From Macrostomum lignano (taxonomy: Eukaryota): DNA of 64,000 nucleotides. The position numbers and the translations under genes were made by a program. The DNA is taken from positions 124,001 to 188,000 of the forward strand of contig NIVC01001915.1 of assembly GCA_002269645.1 (NCBI GenBank). Reading direction: 5' to 3'. The notes under the pieces were generated by a model. It had not been told where the DNA came from. It worked only from the letters and a program-made list of their open reading frames with translations, and did not search any database. Shown here in pieces: positions 45,680 to 57,705 of this stretch (within the stretch, counting starts at the first letter, position 1; the number at the start of each line of letters is the position of its first letter).

Positions 45680-45769
45680 CTGGAGTGGCCAGGAGATCGC
45701 GCTGAACACGATCTGTGTACGCTACAGGCAGACTGACACTGAGATAGAAACTTGGACTGTCAGAACCAA

Positions 45770-46130
45770 GACAGGCAAACACCAGGACAGTCAAACACAA
45801 AGACAGGATAACACAAAGACAGGCAAACACAAAGACAGGCAAACACAAAGACAGTCAAACACAAAGACAGTCAAACACCAGGACAGTCAAACACAAAGAC
45901 AGGCAAACACAAAGACAGGCAAACACAAAGACAGGCAAACACAAAGACAGGCAAACACAAAGACAGGCAAACACAAAGACAGGCAAACACAAAGACAGTC
46001 AAACACAAAGACAGGCAAACACAAAGACAGGCAAACACAAAGACAGGCAAACACAAAGACAGGCAAATACCAAGAAAGACTAGCGCAAAGACAGACAAAC
46101 ACCAAGACAGACAAACACCGAGACAGAAAG
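45770..46130. repeat. 16-bp intronic minisatellite (CAAACACAAAGACAGG)
   Basis: About 20 copies. Confidence 0.92.
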
Positions 46131-46702
46131 ACAGTTTCTGGCACCCAGCCTACCGCTGAGTCGTTACAATAACAACAGACGGACAGACACAAACTAAGCA
46201 GACAGACAGCCAGATGGGTAGAGAGATTCCTAGTCTTCTGTTTAGCAAAACCCAAGTTCAGCCAGGCTGGTAGGCGCACAGGAATTTCACTTTCTTGTCT
46301 GCAGCGGCATCGCAGAAGGTCACTCTTCGGTCGCTTTGGAAGGGCTTTGGTAGGGAGGGGGCTGGATGAGGGAGGAAGAGGGAAGCGCTGGCACTTACAA
46401 AAGGCATGGAAGAGGAGAGCGAGGGAGAGTGAAGGGCATGGAGCGAGGGTAGCGGATCTGAAGCAGGTAAACACGAACGGGATGCCGTCCGGAGAGGGCA
46501 CGAAGTGGGAAGATGCCTCTGGCGCAGTCTCGGGCCGCACCTTGGGAGAGTCAGAACCGAGTCGAGCGCAGTTCGGGTCAATTGGCATGCATTCCAGTTT
46601 TGGGAAAAATTGGCAAGGCATTGCAAAATAGACAGTTAGGTTTTCTGCGCCAAAAAAGGACAGATTTGGCTTCGCTGTGGATCTGAAAGCGGCCGCTTTT
46701 AC

Positions 46703-46819
46703 CTGTAAGCTCCCGACCGCAGCAGGAGCAGACGAAGCAGGCCGAATGGTAGATGCTGCCCATTGCCTGACAGGCGTCGGTTGGGCTGGACACCTCTTTG
46801 CCGCACTTGCCGCAGGCTC
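46703..46819 (-). CDS. Ajuba/LIMD1/WTIP-family LIM protein, exon 2 (LIM1 start, CGKC...CQAMGSIYHSACFVC)
   Basis: CTAAC...CCCCAG acceptor, G|GTAAAA donor, phase 1/1. Confidence 0.9.
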
Positions 46820-46960
46820 CTGGGGGGAGTAGTTAGTTTGGCGCACACTTAACTAATGCAATATACACCTGCTAGTCCAACTAAAACCCTCAAGATTCCC
46901 GCATCTATCTAACTCCGACTTGCCGCCGAACGTTAGCAACCCGAAATCTCTCTCTCTCAC

Positions 46961-47022
46961 CGAACACTCGAGCTACAGGAATCTGTCCAGTTTGAGCTGG
47001 CTGCTGCTGCTGCTGCTGGTTT

Positions 47023-47055
<33 letters not shown>

Positions 47056-47573
47056 TGAGCAGAATGAGGCAGCACTGCGTGATTACTGTTGTACGATGGC
47101 GGCGGCGGCGGCGGCGGGCCAGAGCCGCTATCGACGTCTCCAACTGCAGTAGAGTACACCACCTGCTGCTGCTCCTGATGCTGCTCCTGCTGCAGATTCC
47201 GGGGCCTGCTAGGCGCCGTGGCACTGCCAGACGGCTCCGGCATCACGTGATGAATCTGCACGGGCCTGGGGAACTGCATTCGCCTCAGGCCGGGTGTCTG
47301 GCCGCTACCGGCCCCGCCGCCGCCGCCGCCGCTCGACCCGCTCTTGAACAGGCCAGCACCGCCGATGTCGAGCCCGGAGTCCGAGGTTCTCGACGAGGAC
47401 ACTGACGAGGCTGCGGAATCGAATGACGGCTGCGGTGGCTGCGGAGTTCCCGACAGAGGGTTGGAGTCGAGCAGCAGCTGGTACAAGTAGCGCTGCTGCT
47501 GGTGAGGCTGCTGCTGTTGCCGGCTCCTGCTGCTGTTGCTGTTGCTGTTGAAGCCGCCACCAAATTTCTGCAT
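46961..47573 (-). CDS. Ajuba/LIMD1/WTIP-family LIM protein, exon 1 (low-complexity Q/S/P/G pre-LIM region); ~414 aa in total
   Basis: ATG at 47573, open frame, G|GTGAGA donor in phase with exon 2. Confidence 0.8.
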
Positions 47574-49339
47574 CTGGCGCTCGGCTGCAACCAACTGGAG
47601 CGGCCTTTGCTGCTGGGCTGGGGAGACTAGGATTTTGCTGGCAATTAAGGCGGGATAGGAGGCAGATGCGATAGAGTTATTCTGCTAAAAAGTGCCTCTG
47701 ACAGATATATTTTTTCCTTCCAGTTAGTCAACTATAAACTACAACAATCTTTGCGAGATTTTGCAAGGTTTTCAAATTTAAATTTTTAGCTCATAAAGTC
47801 ATAAAGAATAGCATGAACAAAACTGATGAGTGGGAATTGATTTAAAAAACTTTTTTTAACTTTTAACTTTTCTAATCAAATAAAATCTAGCACTTTATCT
47901 GCAATTAAATAAAACTCTGACTTTGTTTTACTTGCCAGTTTTTCAGAAATACAGCATCAACCAAAGAAAAATATGTGTGAAGTAAAATACGAATTGTATC
48001 ATTTTAAAAAATCAATTTCAATTAACAACATAAACTTGAACTTGAAATTTTTAATTTTAAAGAATTTAAATTAATGAATAATATGCATATCTAAATTACA
48101 CTGCTTTCTGGTCTGTTTTATGGTTGCCCAAATATTAGTATTTTGGCAATATTGACAATTTGCAAATATGTTTTTATCTGAAAAACTATCCGATCAAGTA
48201 TACGGAGGGTTACATTCTAAAATTACTTTAAAAATTTTTTAAAAATTTCTGACAATATTATAATTCGTTGGAAACGGAAAACCCAAAACGATTAGTAAAG
48301 CTTTACTTACTGGAGAAAATCTTTGATCTATTTGAGTAGCAATAAAGAAATTCCTGTTTCACTGATTCTAACTGTAAATATAATCACACGACGCGCTTTA
48401 GTTAAATGAATTAAATGCGCTACGTTCGTTCGGGATCCCAATTTATAGGGACTCGCGCACTACAGGAGAGAAAATATGAATTTACGGGAAAAACTTCGCT
48501 GCATTTAAACATTTTTGCTATCGACTAATTTGCAGCAAAGAAGATTTCGGCGATGTTCTGAAAAAATAGGGATTCTTGTTGGCTCAATTGATTAAAAAGA
48601 ATGATGAACTATTAAAATGTAAATAGACATAATTTATGGTCACGATACGTACAAATTATACTGGTTTCGAATCTGCCCGAAATGCTCATCATTGTTTGCT
48701 TTAGGTGCGTTTTATAAACGCAAAGTTTCGCATTTTCGATGGAGCAGAATATTTAACAGCCTCAAAATTTCATCACAACGAAAGTTTACGAAATTTTTAA
48801 GTCTCGCTACTTATTTTCACAGTCTCGAAAATCTATAAACTCGAATTTCAAAAAAATAGTTTCAAACTCCTAAACGCGCCTGATTTTTAAATTTTGACAA
48901 TGTGAAATTTCGATCTTATAAAAATTAAAGGTTATTCAGAATTAGTATGACATTTTAGAGTGTTTTTTAGATCCTATCTTTAATTGATTATCAATCTGCT
49001 ACATGTGTATGTATCTAATTTTCGTTTCTGCACCCATGGCCAAGCAGAAAAAATGTTTCAATTGCAAGTATAAGCTAGTTGTAAACTTTCAAAGAAAGAC
49101 GGTTTGATCACACAAACGCCTCATCAGCTTTTCCGTGTTCCGAGTTGTAGAGAGCCGATATATTGCTACATTCGGTAGAGATTTTGATGGAAAGAGGGCG
49201 ATGGCGTGACCGAATATCTGCCACTCGATACCTCGTTCGATACCCTCGTTTCTGTTGTCGAAGTAGCAAATTAAACTTTCTCAAAGCATTGCGTGTGGCT
49301 TAACAGTACGAACTATCAAATGGCAATGGGGAGAATTCC

Positions 49340-49780
49340 CCACCCCCTGGCAATTTTTTTGCTGCGCCGGAACAGAGCAACGCAGGCACACGAAATTCGA
49401 GAACACGGGCCAACTTTTTGCTGCGCACCTTCTCAAACAAGAATCAAGTCGCCAGCCCTCCGGACCGTCCAGATATTCGACGATTCTGCCAGAAGGTTGG
49501 ATTTTTTCCATAACCGCTAATCAGCACTGCGCCTCAGCGCAGCCTTGCCAAGCCTTCAAATTTCATCAGCACGCCGATCACATGTCTGCATCAGCTCTGA
49601 CTTCGTTTGTCACTTGCCTTCACCCAGGCGGAGCTTCTGGACCTTCAACAGGTGGCACCAGGTGACTGTGGACAGCCTGATGCGAATTTCTCTAGTTTCG
49701 CTAATCAAGCCTCGACTGCCGGACATTCTCTGGTAGTCTCTCAAGCATTACATCATCGCCCCGACGCCGTCGGCACCTTC
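49340..49780 (+). mobile_element. Dispersed ~450-bp repeat, copy 1 (left arm of an inverted pair)
   Basis: Reverse complement of 50097-50565; also similar to 56325-56745. Confidence 0.75.
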
Positions 49781-50096
49781 AACAGGTAGTCCTAGGACTA
49801 TGAACAACCTGTTGTGAATTTCTGTGATGTCGCTGACCAAACATAAAAAATAGGCCAATTTTAACTCCTGGTCATTCCCAGCTAGACTCTCAAACAGTCT
49901 AGCATCACCCGACGTGATGAGGTAAACATGATGGCGTAATTTGTTAATTGAACTGTAAATTAAATCGAATTTTCACCAGGAGAAAAAATTACAAAAAGTA
50001 TCGAATTTTCTGTGAGGACTGAATATCAAGTAAAAGTTATCTAATTGCTAAAAAATCATATTCTGGGTGTCCATAATCATGTTTTCGTCTGCTTGG

Positions 50097-50565
50097 AGGT
50101 GCCGACAGCGTCAGGGTGATGACGGAATGCTTGAGAGACCAGCTGAGGATGTTCAGCAGTCGAGGCTTGATCAGCGAAACTAGAGAAATTCGTATCAGGG
50201 TGTTCATAGTCACCTGGTGCCACCTGCTGAAGGTCCAGAAGCTCCGCCTGGGTGAAGGCCAGTGACCAACGAAGTCAGAGCTGATGCAGACACATGTCAG
50301 TGGTCGGTGTGCTGATGAAATTTGAAGGCTTGGCAAGGCCGCACTGAGGTGCTGTGCTGACTGGCGCACAAGGGTGCACTGAATACACTGGCGCTTATGG
50401 GAAAAATCCGACCTTCTGGCAGAATCGTCGAATATCTGGACGGTCCGGAGAGCTGGCAACTTGATTCTTGTTTGAGAAGGTGCGCAACAAAAAGTTAGCC
50501 CGTTTTCTTGAATTTCGTGTGCCTGCCGTTGCTCTGTTCCGGTGCAGCAAAAAAATTGTCGGGGG
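50097..50565 (-). mobile_element. Dispersed ~450-bp repeat, copy 2 (right arm of the inverted pair)
   Basis: Shares long blocks such as CCTTCACCCAGGCGGAGCTTCTGGACCTTCA with copies 1 and 3. Confidence 0.75.
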
Positions 50566-51569
50566 GGGACCTGTTCAGGTCTACGACATATGACCTCTGC
50601 AATTTAGCCGAAAACATTTTTAGTATATGGATGTTTTTTCTTATTTTGACTGTAATTTTTATTTATATTTATTGACGTACAGAGAGAAGATCTTCCTCGA
50701 AAAACCCTTGCTTCGAGTATAGTATAGTCAATGTGCACTATTTAAACTATGTGAAAATGTCACTTCCTCAAAAAGTCTCAAATAACATAATAACAGCTAG
50801 CATAATCACAGTTTTAAAGAATGATCGCCCTCGCCGCATTAAAATAGGTCGATCGAATTGTTGGTCCCAAATTGAAAATCTCCTTCAAGACAGACAGCAT
50901 GCAGGCCGCTCATTCTAAATTTTAGTAAACCGTAGGCATGCTTCGTTCTTGCAAAGTCCATTGGGCTCAAAATTTGTACTTTTAATTCACAGAAATTCTC
51001 GGAAAACTTCTGGAGCAAAATTGTCGAATTTTTTAAACTTAACGAACGATGCGCTGCAAGTCCAACGAGAAACTTCCGGAAACTTTTTTATCGTTTATTC
51101 AAAAGCTTTTGATCGAAAAAATGCTTCAGAAGCTTAGTTGAATTTGTTATAATTACATAGATTTTGTTCAAAATACGAGTGCATAGGTTAATTTTCAACA
51201 GCGAATAACGGCGAGTAAAAATTACAAAAAAACTACAAAAATATAAACATTAATGGTCGCCCGGAGTAGAAAAGCATTTAATAAATATTAACAAAAATAT
51301 TAATAACGGAGTTAAAATTGTGTGTGCAACACATCTATGATAATGAGAGATTTATGTCGAAGGTCAGTGAACTGATCATTGAAAAATTTAATCGCGTGCA
51401 AATACAAAATAGTTGGTCAGATGACTCATTTGCTAGTAGTAGGGCGCTTTATGTGTTTTGACATCAAGCTCGATTTTGTCTGACCTTAAACTCAGCCAAT
51501 CAAAAATTAAGGTCATCGTCTTGCAAACATTGGGTCGTAAAATAAATCTCGTATCTCAAGACGAAAATT

Positions 51570-51800
51570 TAGTTGTCACTGCTGCTTGTTGCTTGTTGTT
51601 TTTTATTATTTTTGCTTCTATTTGTGTTTTGGTTGTTGTTGTTGTTAATGCTGTTGTTGTGTTGTCGTGTTGTACATCGTTGTTGTTGATGTTGCTGCGG
51701 CAGTTGTTTTTGTTGCTTTTTGATGTTGTTACTGTTGTTTTTGTTTTTGTTGTTGTTCTGGCTGTTTTTGTTCCTACTGTTTGTTGTTATTCTTTCTGTT
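51570..51800. repeat. (GTT)n-rich low-complexity tract
   Basis: Imperfect trinucleotide repeat. Confidence 0.85.
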
Positions 51801-52214
51801 GTAGATGCTAAAGTTACCAAAGCGCTATTATTTAAGCATGGCGGACCCCCAAAAGTTCCTAGCCCCTATCAGCTCGCATGTTCATATAACTATCTGCGCA
51901 TCAATAGCAAATACATAATTGTCAATAGCTATTACTGGTCTGCGGGAAACCCATGCAGCTTTGTCTACAAAATAATCAGAAAAAATATCAAACATTATGG
52001 GGTTAAGAATAAAATAATTGTGCAATTGATCTAAGCGTCAGTACCTGCATAACAATTATTACTAAAATCTAACACAGGGTGCAACAATATTGTACACGGC
52101 ATAATTCTAATGCGAATAGAACAGTTGCTTTGTCTTTTTGTGACTTTCAACAAGAAATCTGTGCGAAACACTTAAAGAGTGTCACTTTAGTATCAATTGA
52201 GTGGGGAGAGAGCC

Positions 52215-52410
52215 TCCAGCTTTATCCGCAGCCCTAAGCTTCATCCACAGCCTTCAGCTTCATCCACAGCCTTCAGCTTCACCAACACCCCTCAGCTTCA
52301 CCAACATCCCTCAGCTTCACCAACACCCCTCAGCTTCACCAACACCCCTAAGCTTCATCCACAGCCCTCAGCTTCATCCACAGCCCTCAGCTTCATCCGC
52401 AGCCCCAGCT
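52215..52410. repeat. 19-bp minisatellite (CAGCTTCACCAACACCCCT) just after the GPCR stop
   Basis: About 10 copies. Confidence 0.9.
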
Positions 52411-52427
52411 GCATCCACCGGCCAATC

Positions 52428-53663
52428 TCAGAACTTGGCCAATTCGTGACTGCCAGCGGCAGGGGCGGCAGACGTGACAGCGGCAGCTGTTGTCGATCTC
52501 TGCTGCTGCTTCTGCCTGCCAGCCGCACTGGACGACATCCCGAAGTCGGCGGGCGCACCGCTTCGACGACGGCAGCAGACGATGGCTACAATTACTCTGA
52601 ACAGGTAGCGTTTGAATCTACGCACCTTGAACAGGTAGAAATAGAAATTGATGGACAGGTTGATATAGGCCACCACCATGAAGAGCATGTTGATGCTGGA
52701 CACGTTGTAGAACAGGCTCGGGTTGGACAGCTCGTAGCCGTAGAATTTCAGAATCGAGAACATTGGCCAGCTCACCGAGTAGGGCAGGTTCAGCGTCAGG
52801 TACTGCAGCGAGAGCATCACCATGGTGATCTTGACGTCCGAATCAACGTTGGACCCGCGCTGCTCCTGCTGCTGCCGCAGTCGGTTGAGCTGGTAGCCGA
52901 CGAGAGCGGCGACGTTCCCGGCCAGAATGAGAAACGCTGGCACAGTGTAGTTGATGAAGATCATCTGATAGTTGAAGGCCAGGCTGAACTCGATCGGCAG
53001 GCGCAAGCTCGGGTAGCAGCCGATCAGTGAGCCGTTCACGAATCGCGACCGAATCTCGAAGGCGACGAAGACCTGTGTCCACACCAGAGCGGACACGAAG
53101 ACGACGCAGCCAACCGTGGCGATGCGGCGCCGGGCGGTGAAGAAGCGGATGAAGCGAACCGGCGAGAGGAGGCAGGCCGCCCGCTCGAAGGACAGCACGA
53201 CCATGACGTAGGCGCCGAGGCTCTGGCTGATCATCTGCAGGTAGCGCAGCACTCTGCAGCCCAGCAAGCTCTGGGTGAACACGTCGAAGCCAGCGAAGCC
53301 GAAGTTCCGCAGCGCCGCAGCCGTCCAGTTGAAGATGCAGAGGAGCCAGGAGGACACGAAGTCGCTCACGGACAGGACCAGAAAGTACAGGCAGGAGGGC
53401 GGGAACTTGGAGTAGAACAGAGTGAAGATCGTCGCGGCGGCGAAGTTGTTCACTACGCCGAGCAGGCCGTTCACGATGAGGATGTAGTCGGTGAACACCT
53501 TCAACGCTGTCTGGATTCCGGGAAGCAGCAGGACAGTCCCGAGGGAAGACCCCGGCGAGTCCGTCGCAGCCTCGGTGCTAACATTGTTGGCGGTGAACCC
53601 ATCTGAGGGAGCCAGGTGTAGTACAGGTGGCTTCTTGAAACCAGTTTTGAACTTAACCCACAT
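52428..53663 (-). CDS. Class A (rhodopsin-like) 7TM GPCR, peptide-receptor-like, single exon, 411 aa
   Basis: Seven hydrophobic segments; GVVNN (TM1), LSVSD (TM2), Cys plus SFER (DRY variant, TM3), LNLP (TM6), INLSINFYFY (TM7); N-terminal NVS sequon. Confidence 0.9.
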   Translation of the reverse strand: MWVKFKTGFKKPPVLHLAPSDGFTANNVSTEAATDSPGSSLGTVLLLPGIQTALKVFTDYILIVNGLLGVVNNFAAATIFTLFYSKFPPSCLYFLVLSVSDFVSSWLLCIFNWTAAALRNFGFAGFDVFTQSLLGCRVLRYLQMISQSLGAYVMVVLSFERAACLLSPVRFIRFFTARRRIATVGCVVFVSALVWTQVFVAFEIRSRFVNGSLIGCYPSLRLPIEFSLAFNYQMIFINYTVPAFLILAGNVAALVGYQLNRLRQQQEQRGSNVDSDVKITMVMLSLQYLTLNLPYSVSWPMFSILKFYGYELSNPSLFYNVSSINMLFMVVAYINLSINFYFYLFKVRRFKRYLFRVIVAIVCCRRRSGAPADFGMSSSAAGRQKQQQRSTTAAAVTSAAPAAGSHELAKF

Positions 53664-54463
53664 GTGCTAACTATAGGCCGCAATTGCAAGGAAAGTGGTG
53701 CTGCGCGAGAGCCATACGCGCTCACCTGACCGGTCTTGATCAGTTCTATTAGAACTCGTGCTACAGCCTCTCGTGTTCCTTGGGCTCAAAGTGCCGCAGT
53801 GAAAGGTGTGTGTTAAAGGACGAACTTTAAAAGCTTGCGCGCACTTACTCATTTTGTCCTTTTCCAGCTGCCGGAAGTGCCTTTTTCCTTTCGAATGTCG
53901 AGCTTGCAGAAGACTTTGGTTAGTTATTAGTCCGACCAGTTTTTGTGGGTTTGCTTCCTTAGGAGAGTTGAATCCTCTTATCTTTTATACACGCGCAGAT
54001 GCGCACAGGTGGGGATGATGAGGCTGAGGAGCTCTCAAAGAGATTCTATTTGGCAGAGATGAGGTAGAGGGTTGTCTGGGTAGCGAAGGCGGGCGGGGCC
54101 CGCGCCACCTACGTGAACTGTTGCGCAGGCAGCGCGAGCGTAACACGCAATTTCGCACAGAACTGTAACGAATTGAGAACCGGACCGTCATCCTGGGGAC
54201 TCAAGTCTTAAAAAGGAAGGAACCAACCGCTACATCAAGCACGAAGCGGGTCGCGCAAAGGACAAAAGTAACGAATATCCCGAAAAGAAAATGCACTTCG
54301 TGCTTAGACAATCAATCAGAGGATTAAGCCGAAAATTTCGTGCAGGCCTGCAATCCGGTTTTCTTACGAATAGGTCTACCCGGATGTGAGGCGGAAACTG
54401 CTCCGTCCTAGTAACGTAACCTAAAACATTAGAATTAATTTGGGCATTTCTCATTTTTTTACA

Positions 54464-55387
54464 CACTACTCCACTATTTAGACACTACTCCACTATTTAG
54501 ACACTACTCCACTATTTAGACACTACTCCACTATTTAGACTCTACTCCACTATTTAGACTCTACTCCACTATTTAGACACTACTCCACTATTTAGACACT
54601 ACTCCACTATTTAGACACTACTCCACTATTTAGACACTACTCCACTATTTAGACACTACTCCACTATTTAGACACTACTCCACTATTTAGACACTACTCC
54701 ACTATTTAGACTCTACTCCACTATTTAGACACTACTCCACTATTTAGACACTACTCCACTATTTAGACTCTACTCCACTATTTAGACACTACTCCACTAT
54801 TTAGACACTACTCCACTATTTAGACACTACTCCACTATTTAGACACTACTCCACTATTTAGACACTACTCCACTATTTAGACACTACTCCACTATTTAGA
54901 CTCTACTCCACTATTTAGACACTACTCCACTATTTAGACACTACTCCACTATTTAGACTCTACTGCACTATTTAGACACTACTCCACTATTTAGACTCTA
55001 CTCCACTATTTAGACACTACTCCACTATTTAGACACTACTCCACTATTTAGACTCTACTCCACTATTTAGACACTACTCCACTATTTAGACTCTACTCCA
55101 CTATTTAGACTCTACTCCACTATTTAGACACTACTCCACTATTTAGACACTACTCCACTATTTAGACTCTACTCCACTATTTAGACTCTACTCCACTATT
55201 TAGACACTACTCCACTATTTAGACACTACTCCACTATTTAGACACTACTCCACTATTTAGACACTACTCCACTATTTAGACACTACTCCACTATTTAGAC
55301 ACTACTCCACTATTTAGACACTACTCCACTATTTAGACACTACTCCACTACATGTATTTAGACACTACTCCACTATTTAGACACTAC
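54464..55387. repeat. 19-bp minisatellite (GACACTACTCCACTATTTA)
   Basis: About 48 highly homogeneous copies. Confidence 0.97.
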
Positions 55388-56324
55388 CAATCATCTTCAA
55401 TACTTTCACTTTCACGTTGTCTATAGCCAAAGTTGGAGCTCCACTGGGTTGCCATGGACTTCTTTATTATAGCATCTGGACCGGAAGATTAAGATGCAGT
55501 TCCGCTGGCATCCGCCTGAGAGGTTTTGCATCATGGAAAATGGAGCATAAAGCACAGAGCAGAAGAGGAAGCACAGCTTTGGAAGTACGTGGGACGAACT
55601 TTGCTAGTTTCCAGCAGTTGAAATCAATCATTGATTGCAGGAAAATGTGACAAAAATCGCCTGGATGGGATTCACTAACGCAATTTTTTGGACCAGAAAT
55701 TCTGCCTTCAAGAGCTACTTTGCTAAGCTTTCTCTCGACTACTTCAGGTAATTCCCAAAGACACCACTTACAGCCAAGCATGTTCTCCCTCCCCAGGGTG
55801 AGATGAAATTTCGGGATGCAATTAATTGTTTGCGTCATCGAAGCTGAGCAGCTGCAGAAGCAGAAAATTGGTCCCCAAAAAATTTCTGCAGCATTTGACG
55901 TCCTCAATTTTAAAAAGATTACAAAAGATTTCTTAAAAATGCTCTCTACGCACCTGCGGCAGACGCCACACAGGGACAAAGCCTATTTTGGCAATGATCA
56001 CCAGTAAAGGATGCTTTTAATTTACACGCGATCGCACCAAAGCACCAGCTTGGTTCGAATTCGTGCGCAAGCGCATTCATTCATTTGGGGGCTTGTGCCA
56101 AACCTCCAAGGCACAGACAGTGTACAAGCCGGACGATTAGAATCGTTTGAGGGTGCATGACGTCACACAACAAAGACTATAAAATCCCCCCGCTAGAAGC
56201 CCTTTTCTGCTCTAGAAAAAATACACTAAATAGACAGGAACAGCTGAAATTCCACCGGAAACTTTGCTTGCCCGACGGTCTCCGGTAGCAGCTCGTGTAT
56301 CACTGGCTGGATAAACTTGTGAGC

Positions 56325-56745
56325 ACGGGGTGATGACGGAATGCTTCACAGACCAGCTGAGGATGTCCAGCATTTGAGATTTGCCCACTGTCGAGGCTTG
56401 ATCAGCGAAATTAGATCGAGAGACTTAAGAAACAGGATGTCTATAGTCCCCTGGTGCCACCTGTTGAAGGTCCAGAAGCTCCGCCTGGGTGAAGGCCAGT
56501 GACAAACGAAGTCAGAGATGATGCAGACACATGTGGTCGGCGTGCTGATGAAATTTGGAGGCTTGGCAAGGCTGCAATGAGGCGCAGTGCTGATTGGCGC
56601 ACAGGGGTGTACTGAATACACTGGCGCTTATGGGAAAAATCCGACCTCTTCTAGAAGAATCGTTGAATATCTCGACAGTTTGCCCCTGTTGTTGAATTTC
56701 GTGTGCCTGCGTTGCTACGTTCCGGCGCAGCAAAAAAAAATTTTC
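56325..56745 (-). mobile_element. Dispersed ~450-bp repeat, copy 3 (solo, with an internal deletion)
   Basis: Colinear with 50097-50565. Confidence 0.72.
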
Positions 56746-57139
56746 AGGGTGAGGGGATTAGGGGGATCCCGCCCTGATACACTGTAGTTGTTCTGCAGTT
56801 AATAATCTGTTCAATCTAAAACTACACACTGTAATACCTTTTCCATTTTAGCAAGGATAAATACCCGATTAAATTAAAAACGGAGCGGCCATTAAGCCTT
56901 TTAATCGATAAGGCAAAATCAGTTTTAAAGTGCAAAATCAATCTATGCTCAACAAAGCAAAACTGATTATTTTATTTGTAAAACTTAAAACTGACTGCGC
57001 ACTTTTATTTGGAAGTTAACAATAAATTTGAGTAAAAAAGCAATCTCTAACTGCAACAATTTTGTCCCATCAACTGCCAGCTACAGGCTTGAATTCTAGG
57101 TGTAGCATCCTGGAATAAAGCCTGAAGGTGCAGGGAATT

Positions 57140-57701
57140 AGATGGGGAATCAGCCTGAAGGTTCAGGGGGTGGATGGGGAATCGGCCTGAAGGTGCAGGG
57201 GATAAAATGGGGAATCAGCCTGAAAGTTCAGGGGGTGGATGGGGAATCGGCATGAAGGTTCAGGGGGTGGATGGGGAATCGGCATGAAGGTTCAGGGGGT
57301 GGATGGGGAATCGGCATGAAGGTGCAGGGGATAAAATGGGGAATCAGCCTGAAGGTTCAGAGGATTAGATGGTAAATCAGCCTGAAGGTTCAGGGGGTGG
57401 ATGGGAAATCAGCCTGAAGGTTCAGGGGGTGGATGGGAAATCAGCCTGAAGGTTCAGGGGGTGGATGGGAAATCAGCCTGAAGGTTCAGGGGGTGGATGG
57501 GAAATCAGCCTGAAGGTTCAGGGGGTGGATGGGAAATCAGCCTGAAGGTTCAGGGGGTGGATGGGGAATCAGCCTGAAGGTTCAGGGGGTGGATGGGGAA
57601 TCGGCCTGAAGATGCAGGGGATTAGATGGGGAATCAGCCTGAAGGTTCAGGGGGTGGATGGGAAATCAGCCTGAAGGTTCAGGGGGTGGATGGGAAATCA
57701 G
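57140..57701. repeat. 32-bp minisatellite (GGGGAATCAGCCTGAAGGTTCAGGGGGTGGAT) starting ~4 nt after the IleRS stop
   Basis: About 17 copies. Confidence 0.96.
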
Positions 57702-57705
57702 TTGA

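Noticed and set aside
55467-56007. 170-aa ORF and possible small plus-strand exons
   Set aside because: No recognisable family, stops in the spliced frames I tried, and it is adjacent to repeat debris.
56118-56784. hAT-like TIR pair (CAGTGTA...) around repeat copy 3
   Set aside because: Only 7 bp match, and the flanking 8-mers (GGCACAGA vs TAGTTGTT) are not a target-site duplication.
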